DNA of 60,000 nt, from positions 26,786,001-26,846,000 of the forward strand of contig CM119372.1 in assembly GCA_051294905.1 (NCBI GenBank). Direction: 5' to 3'. The notes under the pieces were generated by a model, which worked only from the letters and a program-made list of their open reading frames with translations, was not told the DNA's origin and searched no databases. Source of the stretch: Botryllus schlosseri (Eukaryota). Shown one piece after another: positions 24,796 to 37,854 of this stretch. Position 1 is the first letter of the stretch, and every line of letters starts with the position of its first letter. The translations under genes and the position numbers were made by a program.

Positions 24796-25619
24796 CACTG
24801 GTTCTTAATCGGTGTGCCATTTACGTCTCGCAAGTGTGCCGCGAGAGATTTATTCGAAATTTTTGAAATTATGCGCTAAATAATTCTAGTCTATAGCAAA
24901 CGATCAATAATAATGAAAGCGGGCTTGATGTGAAGTTTGTACTGTAGGCCTACATTTGTTAAATCAAAATCACCGCGAATTCGCTTTACTTGACATATCG
25001 CCTACCATTAAAGTTGAATTGAGTTTTGCGCATGCGTCGATTGAACGCAGAGAAGAGCCGTAACTGCCGTGGAAATGCGTTTGGTTCCTTAAACGCCTCT
25101 AAGCCTCCGTATTCGTTAGTGGCGATCGTCCTTGGCCTGTTCGATGCGTTGGTTAATTACATCGACAATGCGGTAGTGGGCAGAGTTTGTTTTCAAACAA
25201 ATCTTATGAAATATAGTATTTAAGCGCAGACCGAAGTTGCAATGAGACCGCAGCAGGCTAGTTATTTGGGCGCAGATGTAATAGCTAAAAATTCAAATCC
25301 GCACTCGGAAGCGGAGAAAGTTATTCTTCGGCTTGCACTAGAATTGTAAAATGATCTTTGGGACCAAAGCTGCGGAAGAATTAAAAATGATTCCCGTGTC
25401 AAATTTGTGCAATTTCTTCTTTGAAGTTGAGCAAATACTATACTTGAGTGCTCCGAAAAGGTAGAAGTACTTAGTCAGAGAACCTTCTGTACGAATGTGG
25501 GTGCTGCTATGTATTCTGGTAGTTTTCAGGTGCCGTTTGCCAGTTGAGAACCAAGTGTGTCGCGAACCATTTTTCATTTCCAAAGGGTGCTGCGAGGTCA
25601 AAAAGGTTGAGAACCATTG
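24796..25619 (+). mobile_element. Internally deleted hAT (Buster/Charlie) element
   Basis: Termini CACTGGTTCTTAA / TTGAGAACCATTG; TSD ctataggc/ctttaggc; remnant ASYLGADVIAKNSNPHSEAEKVI..ACTRIVKMIFGTKAAEELKMIPVSN (~25257-25404). Confidence 0.85.
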
Positions 25620-25953
25620 CTTTAGGCTGCTAAGTATATGTATAACGATGCTTTTTGCTTGCTATTCGTCCGTACATCTGAGACATTAGCTCATCAAAAT
25701 GTTATAATATTATCTCGAGAATGCCCATGGAAGCACTGTGTGATTGTGATCAAGGAATATCGCATATATAGTTGAAATTATCGCCGCTGTGGCTAGAACA
25801 TTCGATGACTTCACATCTGTGCACGCCCTACGAAGAGAACCGCTACAATTTAATAAAGATAGCTGCAAAGCAAGCTATCAGCAAACATTTGCTATGCAGG
25901 TTTGAAATACAATTAGATTTGAAGATCTTCTCTTGGCGACAAGCGATATAGTT

Positions 25954-27174
25954 TAGGGTTGCCACGTCCGGAATTCGCCGAACATGTCCGAATTTCATTG
26001 TTTAAACTGCGTCTGGGAGGAAATGCTGAAATATGACTGAATGTCTGGAATTTTGAAGGCATGAAGGGAACTGAAAATTTTTTGGTAAATAAAGATAAAC
26101 AATATCTTATTTTTGCAAGATTTATGCAACTTGAAATTTTTCTTCGCGCTGCGCGCGATTAATTATCACATATTTTGGTTTTAGTACGGATAACCCTGTC
26201 CTCGCAAAAACTACAATAAAAAATTAAATTAAAAGAACTATCATTTACTGTCATAAGACTAATTGTAATCGCAATTTTAAGAGAACCCTATATATCTTAG
26301 TGTCGGTAAGGCCGTTTGGATGCTTAGTCGAAGTTTTTCTCAAGCTTTTGGTCGTTTTCCCTTTTCTGGGGATCGCGAAGATGTTCAACGTAATCAGATC
26401 TACCACAGACCGTGAGTAAGTCTTGGCAAAGGTCCTGACGATTTTTATAGTAATCAGCTCAACAAATTTTGAAGTGGGCCATGGAACATTTTTTAATTGG
26501 AGAAGGAGTCACGACCATAAAAGTTTGGAAACCACCGGATGTGCAACCTGCTGGTGGTGACCGGCATTTCGGCTCAGTCTTATCCGTGTGACAAGAACAT
26601 GACTTAGCGATATACAGTTTCGTTGCCTACAATTTCAAAGTCATCATCTCCACCAGCTCTACCGCTAACTTTGACCACGTGGGCTGGGAGTGGATCAATT
26701 TTACAGTGATATTTGGAAGAACAAATATTATTGACAAAATACATTCAAAAATTTTAACCACCAGATGCACATAGAAACCAGATGCATGAAGTAAGTACAC
26801 CAGAAGTTGCATCACTTACCCTGTGATGGGCCTCAGACCAGTGTTATTTTTGGAGCGGGCGTCGGCTTAAGTGTTTTTTCGGTCCTGGCTACAACACTCA
26901 GTCACATATCTGTACCGAACTAACAGTACAGCAGGGCTGTCAAAAACACGGCCAGCGCGCCAGACAATTTCATCCGGCCAGTGAAGAAGTCTGTTGCAGA
27001 CCAAATGAGAATACCGACCCTAGTTTAGTTAATTCACGACATATGTTGAAAAAAATCCAATCCTGTATAAAATCGATACGGGCAAAAGTATTGCTAGTAT
27101 GACGTCATTTTCAAACTCGCTAGGGGGCGCTAATGAGTGTCCGGAATTTGGGTCACGAAAATATGGCAGTCCAA
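25954..27174. mobile_element. hAT (Blackjack-like) MITE with GTCCGG subterminal motifs
   Basis: TAGGGTTGCCA...TGGCAGTCCAA; perfect TSD atatagtt. Confidence 0.8.
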
Positions 27175-27276
27175 ATATAGTTGTGATCACAACATCTAGT
27201 GACGAAGCATTGTGACATCAAAATATACGTTTATCAAATGATACGTACTTGGAAAAGAGAAACCAGCTACTGCAGA

Positions 27277-27470
27277 TCATTCCTTCCCATTGATCCTGCC
27301 AGCAAGTCTGCTGCAATGCCCAGACGTACAATAATGTTCCAGGAGGATGGGCCACTTATCCCTGATTGTGGTTACGGTGACACGCTCATTGATTATTATT
27401 TTGATCACTGCAATGGGTAGGTTGTTTTCATCATCATTTTTACTCCCTCGGTGTATCCGTGGGTCTTTCT
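27277..27470 (-). pseudogene. Frameshifted fragment resembling the SAMD3-like accessory ORF of animal EnSpm/CMC transposons
   Basis: Joined frames read EGVKMMMKTTYPLQ...IN..VTVTTIRDKWPILL..H..RL.G, similar to the recalled M..TY..QR..I.......WP.L pattern. Confidence 0.35.
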
Positions 27471-27663
27471 GCATTTTTCAAGCAGTTAATACTCGTTATC
27501 AGTGGTTCCCAACCTTTTTGGATGTCGGAGCCGCATTGCAAACTTCAATATACGTATGGAGCCGCATTAAAACACTCGAGTAGGCTACTTACAACGAAAA
27601 TTGAACGGTAGCTACAGCCTACCTCTGGATCTCACCATCCATCTAATTCAAAAGCATGCACAT

Positions 27664-29870
27664 TAGGGTTATGACTAGATTTTTTTTCAAAATTGTGTGT
27701 GTCCTGTAGTCACAAATGATGAACTTTTGTGTCCTGATTTCAAAATTCACAGAAGTTAAGACTGTTTAAACAAAACATCCCGCACAAAAATTTTACAGTT
27801 TTCACTGTATGAGGGATAGGCTTTCTTTTGTAGATACAGACTATATAATACAGGGGTGGCCAACCTTTTTGCTAGTCACGGCCGCATTTCGATTTCTCAT
27901 TTAGCCTACGGCCGCACTCCAGGCGATAGTCGTAATGAACTAACTGGACGCCAAATAACCAAGGTAAACTGTATATGTCCTTCTCCAGCGATCTCCGGAT
28001 GAGTCTATTTATTCATACTGGCTTACTATACGCACCGAAATAACTAGTTATCATGGAAAAAACATCTGAGATCCGTCGTCATGGTCGCGCGAAGCGCAAA
28101 AAATTTAAAAATTCACGAATGAATTTCGTCATTATTGTTAGTAGTTTCACATATTACTATCACACATTCATCCTTTCCCAGCCCATGTGATCAGATTCAT
28201 CGATAGAGTTGATGGAAGAGGTGCTTTCGGAAATTTACGGAAAGTTGTCAATAATGTTGGACCCGCAGTGGGCCAATTGTTATTAGCCAATTTTTTGCAT
28301 GTTGTTATTTGTTGACATCCCATCCGGATTGTCGGAATGTCAGTATAGTGGAAATATATGCGAATCGCCCAATCGTATCAGAAACAAATTTCTTTCCTGA
28401 GAAGCACACGATTCCAAGTTGATAGTTATATATGGACCGTATCGTGTTCCTCTCCTGTTCACATACTATTGTGGGGCTCAGATTGCAAAGGGCGTTACTA
28501 TATTAAAATCGAAAAATGAAGTTAGGATTGTATCGCACGCAATGCGAAGAAAATTCCAAGATTAATTAAAATCTCTCAAAGATTCGGTAGTCAATTCATA
28601 AATTCAATTCGCATGGCGACGGCCGCCAACACATACTAATTGAATTACGTGACGACGGCCGCACCAATTCCCTTCTACGGCCGCAGGTTGGCCACCCCTG
28701 ATATAATATAGATATCGGCTGATTTCAATTTATCTGACCCGATTCCATTTGGAAAGATTTAAAATAGTATTTTGGTAAATTGTGATCGCCCAGATTGGAA
28801 TATTCCTATCCTGTTCTTGTTTACAGTCAAAATTAAATAATTAATAAATAATTATTAATTCCGATTTTAGATGTAGACTGTATAGATCGTATAATTTAAA
28901 TTTGTCTGACACAAATCAAACTGAGTGTTCGAAAAGGCGAAAGTAGAACAACTCTAGATATTTTCAGCGGTCTAAAAAACCGATTAGAGGAATATGATGT
29001 ATAGGACGATTTGAAAATCTCATATATCATATGTGACACCGTAGCATCTGTTGATACTGGACGGCAGAATGGCGTTGTTTCGAAACTGCAAAATGCAATG
29101 ATGAGCAAGGGTATTCCTGAACCACAATATATTGTTTGCCAACATCATATTATCGATTCTGAAAGCATATATTAGAGTCTTCAATCCAACGTCTTCAGCA
29201 AATCCAACTCTCAGCTACAAATTTGAACGCTAGACTGAGAATATTGATATATTTCATACAACTTACAGTTTACAGGTGTCCAGATGCAGCCTTTCTAGTT
29301 TTTTTTCTTGTTCAAGTATAATAATGGCTGTAAAGATGTTCAAATGAATGCCCTGAAGCTTTGAAAATGTGCTTATATAAATAATATCCAACTTCTTTTA
29401 AATATCGGCTGAATGTATTGGGGTTATCGGTCAAGATGTGAGATATCGGTTTTATCGGTATTGACCCAAAATCCAATATCGGTCGGGTTCTAGAATATAC
29501 CAAAGATTATTTGCTGCTATCTTTGCGGTCGAATGTCCTGCAGCCATAAAGTGCCTTAAAACCCCATTGGAAGTCGGATATGTCCGTCGTAGATGTCCCT
29601 CGCACCAACATAATGACAGAAAGGGAAGTCAAATTGATGGATGAACTTTACGAGAAGTGCAAAAGGACATATATATCAAGATTAAATTAGTAGCAAAGAA
29701 TACCTTTAAAAATTTTTTTTTTCTATATTTGAACCAGTGTTGAAAATTGAAGTTAGTTTGTGCGGAAATTTTTTTTTCGATTTGAACAAAATGATTATAA
29801 TTTTATTAATTTATACCAAAATGTTCATTAATACCTGCTACAGGCAACATTTTTTCAAGTCATAACCGTA
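27664..29870 (+). mobile_element. Decayed hAT-related (hATm-like) transposon with transposase remnant
   Basis: TIR TAGGGTTATGACT / AGTCATAACCGTA; TSD atgcacat/atgcacac; remnant IICDTVASVDTGRQNGVVSKLQNAMMSKGIPEPQYIVCQHHII (~29026-29155; DT...TG motif and CxxH). Confidence 0.82.
27851..28700. mobile_element. hAT (Buster-type) MITE
   Basis: TIR CAGGGGTGGCCAACCT; perfect TSD atataata; CGGCCGC subterminal motifs. Confidence 0.9.
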
Positions 29871-30532
29871 ATGCACACAGACTTCTATAGATTATGTATC
29901 GGGTATTTTAGCATTTATAGACGTATAGATTAGCGAGTGCTATACAATAAAATAAACTGAAATGCATATCCTCACTGCAAAATACTAGTTTGTCGTTATG
30001 CTATAGCTCTTCATACATTCTAGCACACTGGCACACTCATTGCACAAGTTTGCGGGGGATTACACGCTGAGAAATATAGGACGTATTGCCATTTATACTT
30101 GACTATGAGCCGTCAGTTTGATGCTATTAAAGTTGTGTCGATATCAACTCTTCACCAGCAGAACTCAAGCTATATCCTTGTCTTCCGAGTATTAGGACCA
30201 GCAGAACTCAAAATATATCCATGTCTGCCGGGTATTCATCCATGCGTTTCACGCTAGTCTGCAATAATTCTCGTTCCCGATTTTCAGAAGCGGCCTTGGA
30301 CGTCTTTAGACAGAACTATTATCCTTCATTTTAGCATTCATTTACAGAAATTTACTACAACTATTCATAGAATCAAACAACAACTGTCATCTATTATATT
30401 TTTGTGGCATATTTATACTTTAGAGGCCAATCAGAGCCGCAAAAAGGCTACCTTGGAGCCGCATGCGGCTCGAAGAGACTCGGTTGGGAATCACTGCTCG
30501 TTATCTTCCGGTCTTTTCACATTCCTCGTAGG

Positions 30533-31708
30533 CAGTGACGTGCGGTCCAATGAGGCAGGTGAGGCAGTGCCTCACCTGTCGTCTGGATGAGTAGGTGAAA
30601 ATTGTGAAACCCCTCCATCAGTCGATGATTATATTGATGTTACACATTGATGTTCATAAATAACTAAATTGGAACATTTTTTTCACCCAACATCATCAAT
30701 TTGCATCATTATTATTCAAAAATACAGCGCGAAAGGAGAGGTGAGGCACAGGTGAGGCACGGGCGGTCGTGCCTCACCTGCAACAATGCAATTCATCATA
30801 AATAGCTCGGAATTCTTAATAACTGGAATCAATGAAATGCTATAGTCACACTGATTCCGAAATTCTAACTATTAACAATGTCAGAGCACCAGAACCCCCA
30901 AAAATCACCAAGGAAGGTGACCTTTGCCTTTATTACAGACAATGCCATCGTAGAGAAACAATGACTAGGTGAGGCACAAACGAAACTGCTTCATGGATTA
31001 TTCGCTAACAATTGGACAATCGAAACCGAGTGAAATGCGCTACCGATTTCGGAATCCAACAGTCTTGTAGGAATTATATAAGATCGAAGCGACGGCCAGC
31101 CAATGCGTAATGCGAAGCCAAAACATTCCCATACTTATTATGTAGCTGTTATGTATTTTGCACCCATAGCTACGTTAAATTGTGGTATGTGATAGCTATT
31201 TGCATAGCCTGCATTGTCGTTGTTTGTGTCCTTTATGCTGTGTTCGACTGCAATCCCTTTAACCGTTAATTGTCGTATGTGATTGTGATAGTCATACTTA
31301 CAACGCCTGCGTTGTTGTTTGTGGTAGTGGTGCCACTCATAAACACTAGATCTAGTGTATTTTGACTTGACCTAGTGCATTTTCTTTCGAAATTCAGCAA
31401 ATCTAGTGTTTTTTTACTGAATGAAATTTGTACCTGAGGATGCTTTTTTCATGCTCTTCGAATAATCTACACCAGAAGGCCTACTTGAAAAGAAAGTAAA
31501 TATTATTTGTCTAAACATGCCCATTTGGCACAATAGCGACCAGTCCTACATGTATTATAGAATGTGAAATTGCAACGGCTACCAGTGTGCAAAGAAAATT
31601 TTATTCTCATTTCAAGTCTCTTAACGTGCCTGTTGCTCTTTTATTTGTGGGGGGGGCGGGGGATGGGGGGCGTGCCTCACCAGCCGTGAACCTCACCGCA
31701 CGTCACTG
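30533..31708 (+). mobile_element. hAT MITE, GCCTCACC family, copy 1
   Basis: TIR CAGTGACGTGCGGT; perfect TSD ctcgtagg; inverted homolog at 51376-52251. Confidence 0.92.
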
Positions 31709-32229
31709 CTCGTAGGGGAAGGCCAATTGAAACAACCATACCCTTGCACATGATTCTCTGTGTACTTGCCATCATTACGTCACCACGACCAAATTATGTC
31801 TATATTTTTAATTTGGTTGACTGTACTTACTGACGTTCCTTCCTTAAGTAGTCAGTCGAAGAGTTTCGAGCAGAATAAATTCGTCATTATGAACATAATA
31901 TTTGTGATATTGGAGTATTAAACATACGGAATCTTGGCCAGTTTCTGACACACGGTGTTAAAATTGATACACCTGATGTCTGTGTAATCCTATTGCATAG
32001 GAAATTATAGTTTATAATAATCGTTTTTTATCTAATCATAAAAATGCCCCACAGCATTGAGACCAGGGCTTAGGAGCAGCCGTTAATTTGCATTGCTCCA
32101 GCTCCGGCTCCGGAGCCTTCTTCTATCATACAATAGCTCCGGCTCCAGCTCCGGAGCCGCATTATTACCACTGCTCCGGCTCCAGCTCCGGCTCCGGCTC
32201 TGAAAATTATCGAAGGTGTCTGTCTATAT

Positions 32230-32919
32230 CAGGGTGACGTAGCCCGCGGTCTCCGGGCCATATGTGGCCCGTGAGGAGGTTTTGAGTAGCCCGCGAGTTA
32301 GCTTCGCATTATATTATCGAAATCCTATTATATTATCGAAATTGAATTGCTCAGATTGTGAACTTGCAAGGCCAACCAAAAATATAAATTGCCTGACCGC
32401 GACACATGGGATGTTGATGACTAAAATATCAGTTCCGACGTATTGGCAGATCCAGGGTCCAGTCATATTTTTAGTGAATCGTCTCACATTACAGTAAACT
32501 AAGAGAGTAAGTAAAATTTTTCTTCACGCTCCGCGTGTTTAATTGTCACACGATTTCTCTCTTTGTAGCCTACCCCCTCCTGAAAATGAAAAAACGCCTG
32601 ATTTAGCCGATTGAGTCTAACTATACTCGCAATTACGAGAGAAAGTCTTCACACGTTCGCGCTCGCAGAAAGATCGTCGACGATGAAATGTAGGGAAAAA
32701 ATGATTGTCGTATATTAGCGGAAATCTTCGATATCAATATGTCCAGATGCTGAATAGTCATGTCCTTGCAAACTGAGCCCAGCAAGCGGTATACAGTCGA
32801 CCCACAATATACCCAAGTAATAATAATATTAACTTTGAAAATTTTACGCGCCTGCTAGTGGGCAGCGCACTCGTTCGTCAATATCATGTGGCCCTTTAGC
32901 CGAAAAGGTTGGCCCCCTG
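32230..32919. mobile_element. hAT (Buster-type) MITE nested in 32064-34729
   Basis: CAGGG...CCCTG ends, GGCCC subterminal motifs, TSD gtctatat/gtctatgt. Confidence 0.72.
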
Positions 32920-34156
32920 GTCTATGTAGATTACTAATTTACCCGTAGGTTGGATGTCTATGGTAATCTGGAGTCAGTCAGCCGTCAGTAACATCGGATG
33001 CAGCAACGAAGACATAGGTGTCGCCGTGCCGGCATGTGACGTCATAATGGATACTTGATAACTGTCGATAACATATTAGTTGCACTAGAACGCACTTTAC
33101 TCCATGCCATTGCTGTGTACAGCATTAAAATTCTGATGGGGCGTTTTAACACTTGCACTGCACTCACTAACATTAAGTCATACCGCTCAATTCAATCTTT
33201 AAATGTGCGATAATATTATTCAACAGTTACTGAAGTAAGAGCAATATGGGCGGATATCACTACATTATCAATAGAAATTCGATTGGTACCAAATTGTTCA
33301 AATGGCCAATGGTTTGACGTTCGGTACTGGTGCACTCGTTACCAGTCCATCCGGTGTCGATCAAGTTTATCGGAATATAGGATAATATTTTCCCGTTTAA
33401 ACGAATCGGATAATCGAATTAAATACTGCGCCATGCACATAACGATCTAAACTATATGCAGTAAGCACATTGCGCAATGCACATTTGCAAGTCACAGTGC
33501 GCGATAATCCGGGAATATTATAGTATCAAGCAGACATCAAGAATGAATTTACAAAACAGATGATTACAAATTGGAAATCGCGATTCAATTCAGTAATTTG
33601 TCTCCAACATAAAATACCATGGGGTCCTGCCATCGCATTGAGTAGCTCGCACCGCGGCAATTGTTTGCTGAGTGTAACTGCGTTTTGGGCTACTCTCCTG
33701 CCATCCATATTTACGCTCGAAAATCCTCACGGGAGTGAATGGCGATCATGCGCAGTAATGAATTCCAATTCGCATGTATAATTGCATACACAATAACACT
33801 GTCCAATTTCGCGGCCCGATTAAAGAACTATCACGAAAGAACGAGTATTAGCTCATCCGATTCATAGCGACGACGAGATGGAATTTCTGGCCTCGTGCTC
33901 GTCATATCTACATGTGCAACGAAATCACATTTTCATCCTCTCTCCCATTTCGCATAATACATAGTGATCATTATTTTCGAACCGTAAAATTGGCCAACAA
34001 GGTTGTGCTGATGATGAAATTGCGGGTGTGCCGAATACCCACAATATTCACAGGCATATTTAGCATACCGAGGTTCGGCACTCATGTATGAAAATCGAAC
34101 ATTGAACATATGACTGCTCTGCTGTTAAATCCCAAGGAACATGGTTAGTCGGAAAA

Positions 34157-34330
34157 TCATCATCATCATCATTGGTTTATTAGCAATTTTATCAGTTCAA
34201 TACACCACAAAAATGCGATACAATGAAAAGACAGGAAGATGTCGAAGCGACAAGGAGTAGTCTATGGAATCTGACACCCACCTTGGCCTAGGCGATGTAA
34301 AGAGGAGGCATGCACACTGAATGAAAGTAA
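34157..34330 (-). mobile_element. 3' end of a retroposon (LINE/SINE tail) with AATAAA and (ATG)n tail
   Basis: Minus strand ends aataaaccaa(tga)n; the body is homologous to 42170-42300. Confidence 0.55.
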
Positions 34331-36045
34331 AGAAGATAGTATAGAAAAAGAATGCGACAAGAAATAGGGCGGCATGTCATGGGAAGCGAGATCGATAGGT
34401 CAATCGTGGTCCGGTAATCTTGAGGATGGACTGTATTTATTTAGTAGTAATTGCTTGTATTTCGACTTGAAGGTAGCGCCAAAGAGGAAAAGATTCCTAA
34501 TTTCGCGAAGGCCTGCTGTTGAATTATCTGAACTCAGCTGATAAGATTGTCGCATATATAATACCATCTTATGAAATACGTCGGAGCCGGAGCTACCCCT
34601 CGAATAACTGGCTCCAGCTCCGGCTCCAGCTCTGGCTGAATTTTATGTAAAGCTCCGGCTCCAGCTCCGGTAAAAATGCACGGTTCCGGGGCTCCGGCTC
34701 CGGGCTCCGGCTCCGGCTCCAAAGCCCTGATTGAGACAAAAAATATTTTTGGATATGCATAGTAAAGCGAGTTACGATCGCCTATCCGTAACTTATTGCG
34801 TCTCGCATTGCAGTGAATTACCTTGCGCCAATCTTTGTGACTTTGTTACGGCTTACGGCTTAAAGAGGTGTAAATTTACGAATTTTTCTAACTGTGCGGT
34901 TCAACTTACACTGAATATTGCTTGGTGAAATGATAGTGTGCTTCAAAATGTTTTTGCAGACTTCTTGTGTACCGCTATCGCACAAAATTATACTAAAGCT
35001 TTTTTGCACGTCATGCTGCTCGTGCTAAACGTGTTTGTGACCACAATATGTGTTATACAGAATTCGAAATGAGTTTTTGTGGAAAGAACGACATGAAATT
35101 AGCGACGCATACACACAAAAGCAGTGAACTGGTACCTGTAATCGTGGTGTTATGCCATCGTACGCAAGTATATACTGTGTGTATTTATTTTGCAAGTGTG
35201 TCTGTTCCCCACCAGAAACCCTTGAATTTCACTTAAGTTCTCTGTTGGGAACCACTTCTGTATAGTTATACAAACATTTATTAATTGCGATTACGCGGTA
35301 GACAATAATACCAAAAATAATTAAAATCGATGAAATTATTTAACCCTATCATATTAGAGATGCAACCGAATAAATACTTTCAAAGGAAGCGACCATATAA
35401 GGTATAATCATCATGCGGGTGTTGTCGAAAATTAGCCTGAATGAATCAATCATCAAAGCTTGGGGTGCATTTTACAGAATATGTAATACATTCTCATAAA
35501 CTATAAAAGAAATTACGTCGATTGCACACATAGCCTGGGACAAATCGAGTATCCGAGTGATTCGATTTCTAATCGAGTGTTGAGCTTCGAGTCGAGTATT
35601 CGCTAACATTAATTATGTCGTCATATAATTGTATGTATCACGTGGAAATTCCAAATACGTATCTATATTTTCGTCCACAACGAACATAGAGCAATTTATA
35701 GATAATTTATTATTTGTTCGACCATACCAATTTCATTGCGCGATTGGAAAAATGCTACTAGTTAATTACGACGCCACAGTAATGAAATTCTTACTGACTC
35801 GGGTAGATTTGTAATACGTGTTTCTGTTTGCGCGCTGTGATACGACCAATGGAGTTTACAAGGCCTCCACGTCGTGGAGAAAGCACCAAAACTATAATTC
35901 TCGTTGATAAATAACTCCTAATGAAAAGAGGCGTATCATTTCAGTATTCGAAAAATCGTCCTCCACTGCACTACTCGAATAAAGACGATTACTACTCGAA
36001 TCAGATTCAAATACTCGAATCACTGCGCTCAGTCATAATTTAAGC

Positions 36046-37294
36046 CAGTGGTTCCCACAGTCAGTGCCAGCGCCCCCTGGGGGCGTTCGCGAGAGTAAAG
36101 GGGGCGCTGGCCATGAAATGGGCTATTGCGTGTCACTGGCTATAAAATTGGGCAGTAGAGGGGCACTGAGAGCAAATGGGGGCGGTGTAGGTTAAGACGA
36201 CAACTGCTGCGTAGCGTTGAAACAATTGGTAAATAAAGCAGCTAAATACGCTGTAAAATGCAAAATCGATTCAGTCGGGGCAATTTAGGGTCGTCCATCT
36301 ATTCATTCAGCTATACCGGGAAAATTCGTTGTTACATAACAATGTTGATCCTACCCATCAATGGACTAATTTAGCAGTCGGCAGATTCCCTACAAAGCGT
36401 AGTTCATTGTGTGCTGTGAGAAGTACGAAGCATTTGAGCAGTTATTGCTCACTGCAAGGTGTGATTGCTTTTGAATAGAAACTGTCTTGCGTCATTTTAA
36501 TCAATTTCAAATAGTGCTGCGACTGTGGCATTCGACACACCGTTCTAGTTGCTAGAAACGATGTCGCTTCTACTTTACAAGCATATTTTCCAAAACTTAT
36601 GAGTACAATATATTCGTTCTTAGAAATGATAAAACCGGATTCAGTGATAAGCCCGTGACATTCCGTCAAAATTTAGCGACACGTTAACTGTTTCAATTCC
36701 CAAGCTCGCATGAGCTACCGGTCCGGCTCGAATGTCCGATTTTGATGGAGAAACATGAATCAATCATCTCAGAAAACTGTACAAGGATATGATGATTTGA
36801 TTCCAGGATGTATTCCAATTAGGAAATCCTTACCGGATAATCAATACATTTTGTAAAATTTCCGAGCATGAAATGATTGAGGAGCTGAAGTGTAGATCAA
36901 TTTTGAGTTGAACTCAAAGTTCAATATCTCCAATCGATCGTTCTATATACACAATCAAATAGAAATACTGTCACTGGAATCGGTTTGACTTTTTCGTCGT
37001 TGCCCTTCCCCGCTCATATTTGATAGAACGTGTTTTCAGTGCCGTGACCAAGTTTCTGACTAACAGCAGAAACCGACTTGACACACAAAAATCAAGCTCA
37101 ATATTACGAGGATGATGATAATTATAGCCTACACCAGCTTCATCCGTCTCATTATTAGCTGTAATAAATGCAGAACAACTTTCGTTTTATGATTTAGACG
37201 TGGTGAGAGCGTTGGTGAGAGGGTGGGGGGGGGGCACTGTCACTTTATTCGTGGTCCAGGGGAGCGGATGCTCAAAAAACTTTGTGAAACTCTG
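36046..37294 (+). mobile_element. Internally deleted hAT (Buster/Charlie) element
   Basis: CAGTGGTTCCCA...TGTGAAACTCTG; TSD atttaagc/atttatgc; C-terminal dimerisation remnant SYLIERVFSAVTKFLTNSRNRLD (~37015-37082). Confidence 0.8.
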
Positions 37295-37854
37295 ATTTAT
37301 GCCATAAGCTGGATTCTAAGCCATTCACTCACATTGCTATAATTCGTTTGGTTAACGTTAAACAGTCAACAAACTTCTTTGTGATAATGCAAAGATCAAA
37401 TAACTAACCGCGATTAACAATATGACTCGATTTCATTATTAAAGCTAAATTATCTGTCGTGAACTTAAGATGTATACCAGTTCAGACATTTCGCCATGGG
37501 CCTCGGCCGAACTGGCAAACTGTTACTATGTCTGAACTTACATTGCGTGTAATCATGCGCAGCAATTTTAAGCCCCGCTTATGATTTACCGGTATCTTAT
37601 CAGTAGTGCGAGAGTACCATTTTGGATTCATCTGATTCTCGATTCTTCGTCAAGGTAACGGAGGTCTAATGACTCATCAAAGCAACGGAGTCATATTTTA
37701 AGCCGTAATAGTATTACTTTTCGAGAAAGACAGTGTTTCACAATACAAATTCCGCGGCCCAGGAAAGAGGTGAATAAATGGCTTTATTCGGCTTTCAATG
37801 GGTACCTCTGTCGCATGTACGAATATAGTAAATTTTGGCAGTTATGGTCTACGC

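Larger units (their letters stand above)
27500..30496. mobile_element. hAT (Charlie-like) MITE hosting two nested elements
   Basis: TIR CAGTG(G/A)TTCCCAACC; perfect TSD ctcgttat; GAGCCGC subterminal motifs. Confidence 0.88.
32064..34729. mobile_element. hAT element with (GGCTCC)n subterminal arrays
   Basis: TIR CAGGGCTT(A/T)GGAGC; perfect TSD attgagac. The PEPEP/GAGAG ORF at 34534-34722 is just the repeat. Confidence 0.9.

Noticed and set aside
34534..34722. Pro/Glu/Gly/Ala-rich protein (also the RLRL/ITIT ORFs at 11771-12034 and 14778-15014)
   Set aside because: These are translations of hexamer subterminal repeats.
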